Assembly (NCBI GenBank): GCA_964016885.1
Contig: OZ024766.1
Span: 16,182,001-16,246,000, forward strand
Reading direction: 5' to 3'
Source of the DNA: Eledone cirrhosa
Lineage: Eukaryota
DNA length: 64,000 nt
In this document: piece after piece, positions 1 to 8,965 of the stretch
How positions within the stretch are numbered: position 1 is the stretch's first letter
Layout of the letters: the number at the start of each line of letters is the position of its first letter
Notes under the pieces: generated by a model
Databases searched by the model: none
The model's input: the letters and a program-made list of their open reading frames with translations, nothing else
Told to the model about the DNA's origin: nothing
Program-made: the position numbers and the translations under genes

Positions 1-80
1 ACTAACATATACAGGAGAGGAACCATATCACTGTGTTGTCTGTGGTAAATCATTTTCTAAATGTTGTGTTACCAACATAA
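1..80 (+). pseudogene. Degenerate C2H2-finger 3' tail of an upstream ZNF paralog (CDS outside window)
   Basis: Matches the last pseudo-fingers at ~8791-8870; followed by the same AATAAA (170-175) and spacer. Confidence 0.85.
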
Positions 81-514
81 GGTTACTTAATGGAACACAA
101 ACACGATCAGACAAGATAAAAACCATGTCACTCACCGAAAATAGTGCCACCAATGTTGTTAATGTTTTGAATAAAACTTGTTTGTTCTGAAATTATTCTC
201 CTTTCATTTTATTTGTAGAAGTTGTAACCAAGACTTATGCTGACAAATCTGTATGGTACAGAATTTACAAACACTATATATATATATATATATATATGTG
301 TGCCAAAACATCTATGATCTCGGTTTACAGCTGATGAAGGGTTTCTTCTCTCCTTTCATCCATATTACCATCTTAAACTTTGTTTACAGTAACCACACAA
401 CTCCTTTCGTTTCTTATGATTTTATATATATATATAACAAAGGAGGTGTGGTAAAGAACCAGATGGACCATATACGCACCAGAGTACTCAATACTTAGGG
501 TAGTAGAGCGGGTA

Positions 515-632
515 ATAGGAAAATGTTTAAACCCGACGGCAGAGCTCAATCCGTTTCGACGGCTATTTCTGGAAACAGTCCAGAAATAACCGTCGAAATG
601 ACTTTAGCTCTGCTGTCGGGGTTAAACATTTT

Positions 633-637
<5 letters not shown>
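515..637. repeat. Palindrome 1 (~59-bp arms, 5-nt loop AACAG), MITE/foldback-like
   Basis: ataggaaaatgtttaaacccgacggcagagct...ctgga aacag tccag...agctctgctgtcggggttaaacattttcctat. Copies at 13906-14028, 23774-23896, 35956-36078, 48345-48467, 56601-56723. Confidence 0.9.
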
Positions 638-672
<35 letters not shown>

Positions 673-959
673 AGTGTATATGTCAGTGTGTAGAAAATTC
701 TGTCCATGAAAATGATTATCTTTATTTGTATATATGTATGTGTATGTTTATATGTGTTCTTATATACATGTGTGCACATCTTGATATATTTTCAGTGTCT
801 GTTCTAGTTCTCAGAGTACAAATCCCACTGAGGTAAAGTTGCTTTGATATTTTGAGGCCAATAAATGAAATACCAGTGAAATACTGGGGTGGTTAATTCC
901 TCTTCTTTGTCATTGTCTGTTGTCTACTCTTGTCTTTCTCTGTATTTATATATATATAC

Positions 960-1153
960 ACAAAATTAAAATAAATTAAAATAAAATTAATCTAAATCAA
1001 ATTATGGGTGTCATGCCAGAAAGACATGTGACATATCACCCGTAAAATAAGCTCCATGGAGCTTATTTTACGGGTGATATGGCGCATGTCTTTCTGGCAT
1101 GACACCCATAATTTGATATAGATTAATTTTATTTTAATTTATCTTAATTTTGG
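960..1153. repeat. Palindrome 2 (~97-bp arms, no loop, centred on CCATGG) between (TA)n tracts
   Basis: ...cgtaaaataagctcca|tggagcttattttacg... Copies at 14353-14546, ~24209-24390, 36413-36600, 48802-48989; deleted in the unit at ~56870. Confidence 0.9.
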
Positions 1154-1591
1154 ATATATATATATAAATACGGCCCCTTAATTGTAGAGCTAACTCTGTT
1201 GAAAGGACGTGACTGCTGTTTCTAGTTGTCAATAACCCTATTCACGCAACTGGGACGAAGCTGGTATGATGTGTGTATTTTTAGTAGATACAGCACGTGT
1301 TACTGGTCAGTCGCTGATTTGAACTTGATGCGTAAACACAGATGGTTGGACTTCTTCCTTGTTGAGAATCCAAGATCTGGCTACTGTCGTTTACCAATCG
1401 ATTAATTGGTGAAATATATTTCTTTAATGGAATATATACAAGGAAGATTAATCATTTTCTAAGGTATCTATTTTTGAAGTTCTAGTTAAATTTATTTAGT
1501 TACCTACCTAGCTATGTCTGCTTACACACTTTTACAAATTATCCCCTGTGATTGTTTCATATGTTTATTTATATGTCAATCAATTTCTAGT

Positions 1592-1625
<34 letters not shown>

Positions 1626-2033
1626 GTGGAAAAGTAAAATATAGCAGAACAGACCGTTAAAAGATGTTTATTTAAAATAGCACCTATGTAATTTTCACCT
1701 GGATGGGCTTCTCAAGGGTATAAATAACTAAAAAGTGTTCTTTACATGGCCCAGAATGTGTTTTTAGAGATTAGTTCACGTCAGAGTTCATTCTTTGCAA
1801 AAAAGCGTGTTTTGATGTTGCAGTAGGTCAAGGGAGGTAACTCTAGCTGGTGTTAGGGCAGTCTTTCCCAGAAAATGTTTTTCTCTGTTAAAAGATATGG
1901 TTACAACCCTACCATTGTCGATACGCACAGGGTCAGGTATGCAACGTTTGTTTGCTGCACCTGCCCGCCTGGGTCATATGAAGCCATGTCTGGGATGCAT
2001 GGTTAGTTTCCGGATTTTTTTTGCAGCGCCTGC
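1626..2033 (-). mobile_element. Putative Penelope-like element 3' end/pLTR relic between (TA)n tracts
   Basis: Minus strand carries a hammerhead-like motif followed by AATAAA (degenerate here, best preserved at 57372-57412). Other copies 15315-15724, 57316-57717; truncated at 24858-24925. Confidence 0.5.
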
Positions 2034-2424
2034 TATATATATATATATATATGAGCGAGACACAGTCACCCGACCTAACTTGCTTCTAAATACGACAAAC
2101 CCGTCCAACCCATGCTAGCATGGAAGATAGACAATAATCGATGATGATGATATCTAGGGATTGTAACATTACCACAACAGAAGTCTGACAAGCTTTTAAT
2201 TCCAGAGTCAGGCTAGATCAATACAGATCAAACCTTGAGCTGATCGATAGCAAAACGTGCTTCACTGCTCAATAAATGTAATGAAGACATGACAAATTGT
2301 CCTCTCGCTCTCTCTCTATATATAGAGAAAAGGTGAAGTTTGAAATAGCACGGAAAATATATTTTAGGGCCTGTTTTTCTGTTATATATCTTTTGATTCG
2401 TTAAAGTGACCCTATTGAAAAAAT

Positions 2425-2559
2425 CATCATTCATCATCATTTCATTTCACGTCCGCTTTTTCCCTGCTTGCAAGGGTGGTACGGGAACTGATTGTGGCTT
2501 GATTTCTAAAGATGGATGCCCTTCCTAATGCCAACCTCATTTACAGTGAGTGCTGGGTG
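2425..2559 (-). mobile_element. SINE 3' fragment with (ATG)n-type tail, abutting the Helitron relic
   Basis: Reverse complement matches the 3' half of the SINE at 15012-15296 (cacccagcactcactgtaaatgaggttgg...ggacgtgaaatgaaatgatgatga). Confidence 0.75.
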
Positions 2560-3455
2560 TTGTCATGTTGAATGTTTTTCAAGATGTTGTGGTAGGCATA
2601 TTTCTGGTCATCCACCAGTCAAGGTTTATTTTCATCCACAAACTTACGCAACACTTCAATATCATGGTTTGTCTCCTGGAAAACTGATTGTATTACCTCA
2701 ATTTCTTCTGGCTCTGGCATCCTGCATTGCTATTCATTGCTGGAATTCAATGGGACAGGTTGCACAGAGGTTGATTGTAAATCCTGGAGGTAGATTCCAC
2801 ATAAATATTGCTATAACATCTTTGGGCTAGGTGTAGATAGTCGTCTGACATATTGTTTTTGTACTCCTGCCAGGGTAGATGAGATTTATTCCAGATGCTG
2901 TGAGTATCGTAGCAAACAACTGTCTTATTTAACTGACTGCTCCTTCTAGTCCCTTCTTCCAATGTCAGTTGTCATACAGGAGTCCATGGCTGTCTTATTT
3001 AACTGGCTACTCCAGTGACTGCCCCTTCTTGTCTCTTCTTCCAATGTCGATTGCCATGCAGGAGTCGATGTTCTTTAGATGCTTCTTGGTATGTGCTGCT
3101 CTTCCACCAAATCACCTGAGATCCTCAAATGACGTTGGTCCTTGAACAATAAGCAGATGTGACTGTAAATAAAAACTCTCTCTGTTGTTGGGGTGGTCAT
3201 TGTAAACATGCCCAATAGCATCACTTGCCTTGACTTCATCACCTTCCACTAAATGACCCTGCTTCCTTTGATTCCAAGTCTTACAATTGGTCCATGTGTA
3301 GTATTTTGGGATGTCAGCATATAGGAGGGATCGAACAAATTCTTTATTCTGGCAGTGTTTCAAAAAAGCAGTTAGAGTAGTGTCAGGTGGTGCTGGTGTC
3401 AACTGATGAGCAGTGGTTTCAGTGAAGTACACACTCTGTCCATTTTCTATATGTA
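2560..3455 (-). mobile_element. Helitron RepHel fragment (region between Rep and Pif1 helicase), degenerate
   Basis: HIENGQSVYF..PPDTTLTAF..LLYADIPKYYTW..HP..FYL..V.GPTSFEDLR is characteristic of Helitron RepHel. Continues with stops/frameshifts as ..HW..IRQLFATIL..W.EYK..MSDD..IYNQ..L..DQK.AY..I. Confidence 0.88.
2920..3060. repeat. 82-bp minisatellite, <2 copies in this unit
   Basis: Unit ctgtcttatttaactggctactccagtgactgctccttctagtc(c/t)cttcttccaatgtcagttgtcatacagg(a/t)gtccatgg, inside the Helitron relic. Confidence 0.85.
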
Positions 3456-3479
3456 TAGAGATAAGGATGAAAAGCAAAG

Positions 3480-4042
3480 TTAATCCCTCAGAGGTTAGCT
3501 TTGCCTTTCATCCCTACGGGGCGGATAAAATAAAGTACCAGTAATGTACTGGGGTATTTCCTAGCCTTGTGCCTAAATTAGAAACAATTATTACGGGATC
3601 GATAAAATAAAGTACCAGTCATACACTGGGGTAATTGCTGGCCTTGTGCCTAAAGTAGAAACAATTATTACGGGATCGATAAAATAAAGTACCAGTAGTA
3701 CACTGGGGTAATTGCTGGCCTTGAGGCTGAAGTAGAAACAGTTATTACGGGGTTGATAAAATAAAGTACCAGTAATTCACTGGTGCTATTTGCTGGCCTT
3801 GTGCCTAAAGTAGAAACAGTTATTACGGGGTTGACAAAATAAACTACCAGTAATACACTGGGGTATTGCCGGCCTTGTGGCTAAAGTAGAAACAATTATT
3901 ACGGGGTTGATAAAATAAAGTACCAGTAATTCACTGGTGTTATTTGCTGGCCTTGTGCCTAAAGTAGAAACAGTTATTACCTGGCTGATAAAATATAGTA
4001 CCAGTAATTACTGGCCTTGTGTTAAAAGTAGAAACAATTATC
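3480..4042 (+). repeat. 5'-truncated SINE whose 3' part is expanded as a ~77-bp VNTR (7 copies)
   Basis: Unit acggggtcgataaaataaagtaccagt...ggccttgtgcctaaagtagaaacaattatt at 3516, 3593, 3670, 3747, 3825, 3901, 3979; homologous to the 3' half of the SINE at 5574-5750. Only 2-3 copies in other units. Confidence 0.9.
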
Positions 4043-4079
4043 ACATTTCTTTTTAATAAATCACATCACTATAGAATTA

Positions 4080-4654
4080 AATACGACTGGAAATGTGTGT
4101 GAAGGTATTAAATTATGTCAGGGACTTTTAACGTTTGACACCGTACGAGAGTTGAAATATACGCAACGAGACCGAGTACCTGCTGCCTTCATTATAACTT
4201 TAATTAATCTGATTATATCTTGTGTAACAATTATATATATACACACACACACACAAGTTTAATACCCCGACATCTGTCTTACACTGTCATATCTATTCTT
4301 ACTTTACAATTGTGTCTACTAAGAGTTCCATTACAATCTGTAGTAGTAAAACTACTATTTCACCAGAACATCTGCTATCAGTCATTTATAGACAATATAT
4401 ATATTTGAGACCACATATCAACCTAATATATATATATTTCCTATCAAATCTGTAGCTAAAGACATAAAGTCAGCCTCACTACTTCATTCTGACAAGATAT
4501 CAATTTATGACTAAAGATGAAGAAGATACACCAACGTTAATGTCGTGAAATAAAGCTGATAACATTGAAACATCTAATTTGATAACAAAGAGATTATTTC
4601 TTTGGTTGTTTAGTAACAACTAACAACACAATACATTGATTATATGTTAAGGAG
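4080..4654 (+). promoter_or_regulatory. Putative promoter and non-coding exon 1 of ZNF gene 1 (donor at 4655)
   Basis: Perfect GAG|GTAAGT donor conserved at 4655, 19381, 28077, 31646, 40232, 44035, 52621, 61190; small CpG-containing patch at ~4130-4180. TSS not determinable. Confidence 0.6.
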
Positions 4655-4791
4655 GTAAGTTGACAAAGATTTACTTAATGTCTATATTAATGTGTGTAAA
4701 TAATATAATTATTTGAACCTTACAACGATCCAGTAATTAACCAGATTCCACTGTTACATGTGATATAAAATATATTGTTATCATGACTGTC

Positions 4792-5245
4792 TTTATTATC
4801 TAAATTACCTCCGTCTATTTAATTATCTTGTTCACTCCCTTACATTATAAAATATAGTTTATATTTAGCTGTACCTTGTTATTGCTTTAAGTAAATTAAA
4901 GATATATTTATTATTTAAATTACCTCCGTCTATTTAATTATGTGGTTCACTACCGTACATTATAAAATATAGTTTATATTTAGCTGTACCTTGTTGTTGC
5001 TTTAAGTAAATTAAAGATATATTTATTATTTAAATTACCTCCGTCTATTTAATTATGTGGTTCACTACCGTACATTATAAAATATAGTTTATATTTAGCT
5101 GTACCTTGTTATTGCTTTAAGTAAATTAAAGATATATTTATTATTTAAATTACCTCCGTCTATTTAATTATGTGGTTCACTACCGTACATTATAAAATAT
5201 AGTTTATATTTAGCTGTACCTTGTTGTTGCTTTAAGTAAATTAAT
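4792..5245. repeat. 115-bp AT-rich intronic VNTR (4 copies)
   Basis: aaattacctcc recurs at 4802, 4917, 5032, 5147. Other units: 5 (19514-20078), 2 (28211-28434), 2 (31780-32003), 4 (40366-40818), 2 (44169-44392), 4 (52755-53207), 4 (61332-63420, split by LINE). Confidence 0.92.
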
Positions 5246-5489
5246 ATTTTGTCTATTTTAGTCTAAATCTCTTACAATTTAATTAACTTCATCTACTTAT
5301 GGTTGAACATTACTTTATTGTGGGTTTCATTTCATTATAATTATGTCTGAGTTAGCCAGCCAAGTAGGGGTTGAGTATCTGTATTTCAGGGAACTGCTTT
5401 GATGGTGAAGTTACATCTGTTGGTGTGGGATCTCGGTGGCTGTACATAATAAGGTTCTAATACTCTAAAGAGCTAGCTGAATAACCGTC

Positions 5490-5885
5490 TGATACATGTC
5501 TTGTATAGAGGATCATAAAGCCATGTATAGAAGAGCAGTCAGCAATGTCAGGATTAACATTCATTATAGTGAAGTGGCAGTATCGGTAGAGAGTCGGACA
5601 CCATGCTTTGAGGCACAGAGTTACGTCCCTTTATGATCTGAGTTCAAATCCCGCCGAGGTTAACTTTGCCTTACATCCATACGGGGTTGATAAAATAAAG
5701 TACCAGTAATGTACTGGGTAATTGCTGGCCTTGTGTTTAAAATAGAAACAATTATAGTGAATAATTTGGAGTGTAGTCTGGTGTCCACCAGGGCTCTGTT
5801 CTTAGCCCTCACTTAGTTATTATCGTCCTGCAGCCTATAACAGAGATGTTTAAGACTGGCTGCCCATGGTAACTCTTGTATGCAC
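5490..5885 (+). mobile_element. RTE-clade LINE reverse transcriptase relic, split by a SINE
   Basis: Translates as RIIKAMYRRAVSNVRIN..SE [SINE] FGV*SGVHQGSVLSPHLVIIVLQPITEMFKTGCPW(E)LLYA; present in every intron copy. Confidence 0.8.
5574..5750 (+). mobile_element. tRNA-derived SINE with 11-bp TSD (ATTATAGTGAA)
   Basis: A-box-like tggcagtatcggt, B-box gagttcaaatccc, core ctttgcctt.catcc.tacgggg..gataaaataaagtaccag; TSD at 5563-5573 and 5751-5761. Copies at 9509, 20406, 28757, 32326, 41139, 44715, 53528, 63748. Confidence 0.88.
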
Positions 5886-5887
5886 AG

Positions 5888-6425
5888 CAGGACCTGAAGA
5901 ATGCGGTCATGTGCATTTTCAAGGTCTATAAAACGATAATATATACCTCTTAGCAATACTCCCACGATTTCTCAAAGACGTGCCACAGTGTGAATATTTG
6001 GTGGGTTATGTTGCACCCAGGGAGAAAACAGCACTGTCCATCAGCTAGCTTGGACTCGCTACATCACTTTGCCAGAAACTTTGCATATACTTTACCAGGG
6101 AGTCTTAACAAGGTGATCCCTCTCTATTTGGAACAATCTCTCGTGTGTCCCTTTTTATAAATTGGGATTATCACTCCCGATTGCCTTTGCTTGAGTGCCA
6201 TTTCAGAGACCCAGGCCATCTGACACACATGAGTCGGTCACATTTGAGCTCTTTAATTGCTCTTCTGACCTCAGCCTCCGAGAGATTAGTCACCGCTATC
6301 AGATTCACCTCATGTACATCCGAAGATGCTGTTGTGATCGGGTTTGGGAGATCAGCAAAGTATTCTCTCCACCTCATGAGGATCCATCTCTCTGAAGAGA
6401 AAAGAACCCCAGATACACTCATGGT
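5888..6425 (-). mobile_element. RTE-clade LINE RT relic (antisense)
   Basis: RWREYFADL.NP..SEAEVRRAIKELK..PIYKKG..RDCS..RGITLL.LPGKVYAK..QIFTL..VFEKSWEY..F.DLE.A.DRI with stops/frameshifts. Explains the short ORFs at 6145-6453 and their copies. Confidence 0.82.
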
Positions 6426-6975
6426 TGCAGGTGTGGAGAAAGATTTCTTGTAACTAATTAAAAACTAAAATAATTTGATTTTTCAATAAAAAGTTTCCAG
6501 GGTTTATAGATGTAAAATTTCCACTGTTAAATCTATCTCTGCTTCTTAAGTATTCTCTATTATTTCATACTGTTTCTTTTTCATTTCAGAATATCAGATG
6601 ACATTAGGATAAATTATTATCTTCAATCTTGGATACATCACCTCTATTTATCATCATTTGAAGATTAAAACTTTTTAAACAGAACTTATATAACACTGTT
6701 TATATAAATCTATCAGAATTACTGTGATATATTTCCTCAGAACTGAGTTTAAAGACAAAATTCCTTTTCTTCACTGTGTGGTATATATATATATATGAGA
6801 GATATATTTTGTATTTTAACTCAGCTTCAATGACAAAGAAGTTTGCATCATCTTCAGGTATTAACTGAGATCATAATTGAGGGAAATATAACAGAAGAAA
6901 TATTTTTTAGGAATATAATATAAAAAATATTAAAGAATAACATCTGTAAATTCTGCCAAGGGTAGAAGAATTATT

Positions 6976-8337
6976 ATGGAAAATAAATTGAGTGAAAAGA
7001 AGATTAAATGTGAAACAATGTCTAAAGATATGGCTATTACAGAAGAGATGTCAAAGGATAGAGGAGAGAAGCCATATCACTGTGATGTTTGTGGTAAATC
7101 ATTCTCTGAAAGTAGTAAATTAACTAGTCACAAACGTATACATACAGTAGAGAAGCCATATCACTGTGATATCTGTGGTAAATCATTCTTTGTTAATGGT
7201 AATTTAACAAGCCACAAACGTACACATACAGTAGAGAAACCATATCACTGTGATGTCTGTGGTAAATCATTCCTTGATAATAGTAAATTAACTAGCCACA
7301 TGCGTATACATACAGGTGAGAAGCCATATCACTGTGATATCTGTGGTGAATCATTCTCTCAAAGTAGTACCTTAACTAGACACAAACGTACACATACAGG
7401 AGAGAAGCCATATCACTGTGATATCTGTGGTAAATCATTCTCTCGAAGTAGTATATTAACTAGCCACATGCGTATACATAGAGGTGAGAAACCATATCAC
7501 TGTGATATCTGTGGTAAATCATTCTCTGAAAGTGGTCACTTAACTAGCCACAAACGTATACATACAGGAGAGATGCCATATCACTGTGATATCTGTGGTA
7601 AATCATATTCTCAGAGTAATGCCTTAACAAGCCACAAACGTATACATACAGGAGACAAGCCATATCACTGTGATATCTGTGGTCAATCATTCTCTCGAAG
7701 TGGTACCTTAACTAGCCACAAACGTATACATACAGGAGAGAAGCCATACCACTGTGATATCTGTGGTAAATCATTCTATGATAGTAGTACCTTAACTAGC
7801 CACAAACGTATACATACAGGAGAGAAGCCATATCACTGTGATATCTGTGGTAAATCATTCTTTGTTAATGGTAATTTAAATAGCCACATGCGTATACATA
7901 CAGGTGAGAAGCCATATCACTGTGATATCTGTGGTAAATCATATTCTCACAGTAATGCCTTAACTAGACACAAACGTATACATACAGGAGAGAAGCCATA
8001 TCACTGTGATATCTGTGGTAAATCATTCTCTGTAAGTGGTAACTTAACTAGCCACAAACGTATACATACAGGAGAGATGCCATATCACTGTGATATCTGT
8101 GGTAAATCATATTCTCGGAGTAATGCCTTAACAAGCCACAAACGTATACATACAGGAGACAAGCCATATCACTGTGATATCTGTGGTCAATCATTCTCTC
8201 GAAGTGGTACCTTAACTAGCCACAAACGTATACATACAGGAGAGAAGCCATACCACTGTGATATCTGTGGTAAATCATTCTCTCAATTAAGTAATTTAAC
8301 TAAACACAAATATACCCATACAGGTAAGAAACCATAA
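6976..8337 (+). CDS. C2H2 zinc finger protein, 15 tandem fingers (453 aa)
   Basis: 33-aa N-terminal leader then 15 x 28-aa [10 protein letters not shown].....L..H.R.H-TGEKP repeats; no recognisable effector domain. Confidence 0.95.
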   Translation: MENKLSEKKIKCETMSKDMAITEEMSKDRGEKPYHCDVCGKSFSESSKLTSHKRIHTVEKPYHCDICGKSFFVNGNLTSHKRTHTVEKPYHCDVCGKSFLDNSKLTSHMRIHTGEKPYHCDICGESFSQSSTLTRHKRTHTGEKPYHCDICGKSFSRSSILTSHMRIHRGEKPYHCDICGKSFSESGHLTSHKRIHTGEMPYHCDICGKSYSQSNALTSHKRIHTGDKPYHCDICGQSFSRSGTLTSHKRIHTGEKPYHCDICGKSFYDSSTLTSHKRIHTGEKPYHCDICGKSFFVNGNLNSHMRIHTGEKPYHCDICGKSYSHSNALTRHKRIHTGEKPYHCDICGKSFSVSGNLTSHKRIHTGEMPYHCDICGKSYSRSNALTSHKRIHTGDKPYHCDICGQSFSRSGTLTSHKRIHTGEKPYHCDICGKSFSQLSNLTKHKYTHTGKKP

Positions 8338-8870
8338 CAAAGTCATATCTCATTGTCTCAAAATTGTAAATTAATTAGACACAAATACATTCATATGAGT
8401 GAGAAGCCATACCACTGTGATATTGTGGAGAAATTATTCTCTTGTATTGCTACATTAACTACATACAAACATAAATATATACTGGAGAAAAACCATATTA
8501 CAGTGATATCTGTGGAAATTGTTATCTATAAAAGCTAGCTTAACTAGACACAAACATATATATACAGGAGAGAAACTATATCACTGTGATATCTGTGGGA
8601 AATCTTTCTCTGAAATAAGTCACTTCACTCAGCACTAACATTTACAGAAAAGGAACCATATCATTGTGATATCTGCAGTAAATCATTCTCTAAATGTGGC
8701 TTCACTAGACACTAACATATACAGGAGAGGAACTATATCACTGTGATGTCTGTGGTAAATCCTTCTCTAAATGTTGAGAATTCCCTACACACTAACATAT
8801 ACAGGAGAGGAACCATATCACTGTGTTGTCTGTGGTAAATCATTTTCTAAATGTTGTGGTACCAACATAA
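8338..8870 (+). pseudogene. ~7 degenerate C2H2 fingers in the 3' UTR of gene 1
   Basis: Frameshifted/stop-containing cactgtgatatctg..aaatcattctct..cactaacatatacaggagagg units after the stop codon. Confidence 0.85.
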
Positions 8871-8959
8871 GGTTACTTAATGTAACAGAAACACAATCAG
8901 ACAAGATAAAAACCATGTCACTCACTGAAAATAGTGCCACCAATGTTGTTAATGTTTTG

Positions 8960-8965
8960 AATAAA
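8960..8965 (+). terminator. Putative polyadenylation signal AATAAA
   Basis: Conserved after each gene (170, 8960, 13567, 23439, 35621, 48010, 56264), followed by a T/GT-rich stretch. Confidence 0.6.

Larger units (their letters stand above)
4655..6589 (+). other. Predicted 5'-UTR intron
   Basis: GTAAGT...polypyrimidine tgtttctttttcatttcAG acceptor; equivalent acceptors end at 10524, 21421, 29764, 33333, 42153, 45722, 54523. Confidence 0.7.

Noticed and set aside
328-395. CTGATGA motif (cagctgatgaaggg) as a hammerhead core
   Set aside because: No properly placed GAAA box or closing stems downstream; at most an unrecognisable relic.
253-779. Short ORFs rich in YI/HT repeats, and their copies in other units
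   Set aside because: Produced by (TA)n/(TG)n microsatellites and palindrome 1; no protein-family signal.
2516-2830. 104-aa plus-strand ORF recurring in four units
   Set aside because: It spans a SINE/Helitron junction in antisense and is absent from other units; no domain evidence.
1575-3455. Whole unit as a Helitron that captured the ZNF gene and amplified by rolling circle
   Set aside because: Only an internal, decayed RepHel fragment is present, with lesions shared by the copies. No convincing 5' TC or 3' hairpin-CTRR termini were found (the CTAG at ~1587 lacks a GC-rich hairpin). The observed junctions fit microhomology or unequal crossover.
5574-5660. tRNA gene
   Set aside because: A/B-box-like motifs are present, but there is no cloverleaf; it is the head of a SINE with a TSD.
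5490-6425. The two opposed RT relics as one LINE with an internal inversion
   Set aside because: They cover roughly adjacent RT regions, but the motifs (GVHQGSVLSP..GCPWELLYA versus QIFTL..FEKSWEY) look like different RTE subfamilies; this cannot be settled without consensus alignment.
6145-6453. 102-aa and 66-aa plus-strand ORFs conserved across units
   Set aside because: Antisense shadows of the RTE RT relic inside the predicted intron; conservation reflects recent duplication, and the frame is broken at ~54330.
6976-8337. CRISPR-like look of constant repeats with variable spacers
   Set aside because: The 84-bp period is in-frame C2H2 coding sequence in eukaryotic DNA; there are no cas genes.
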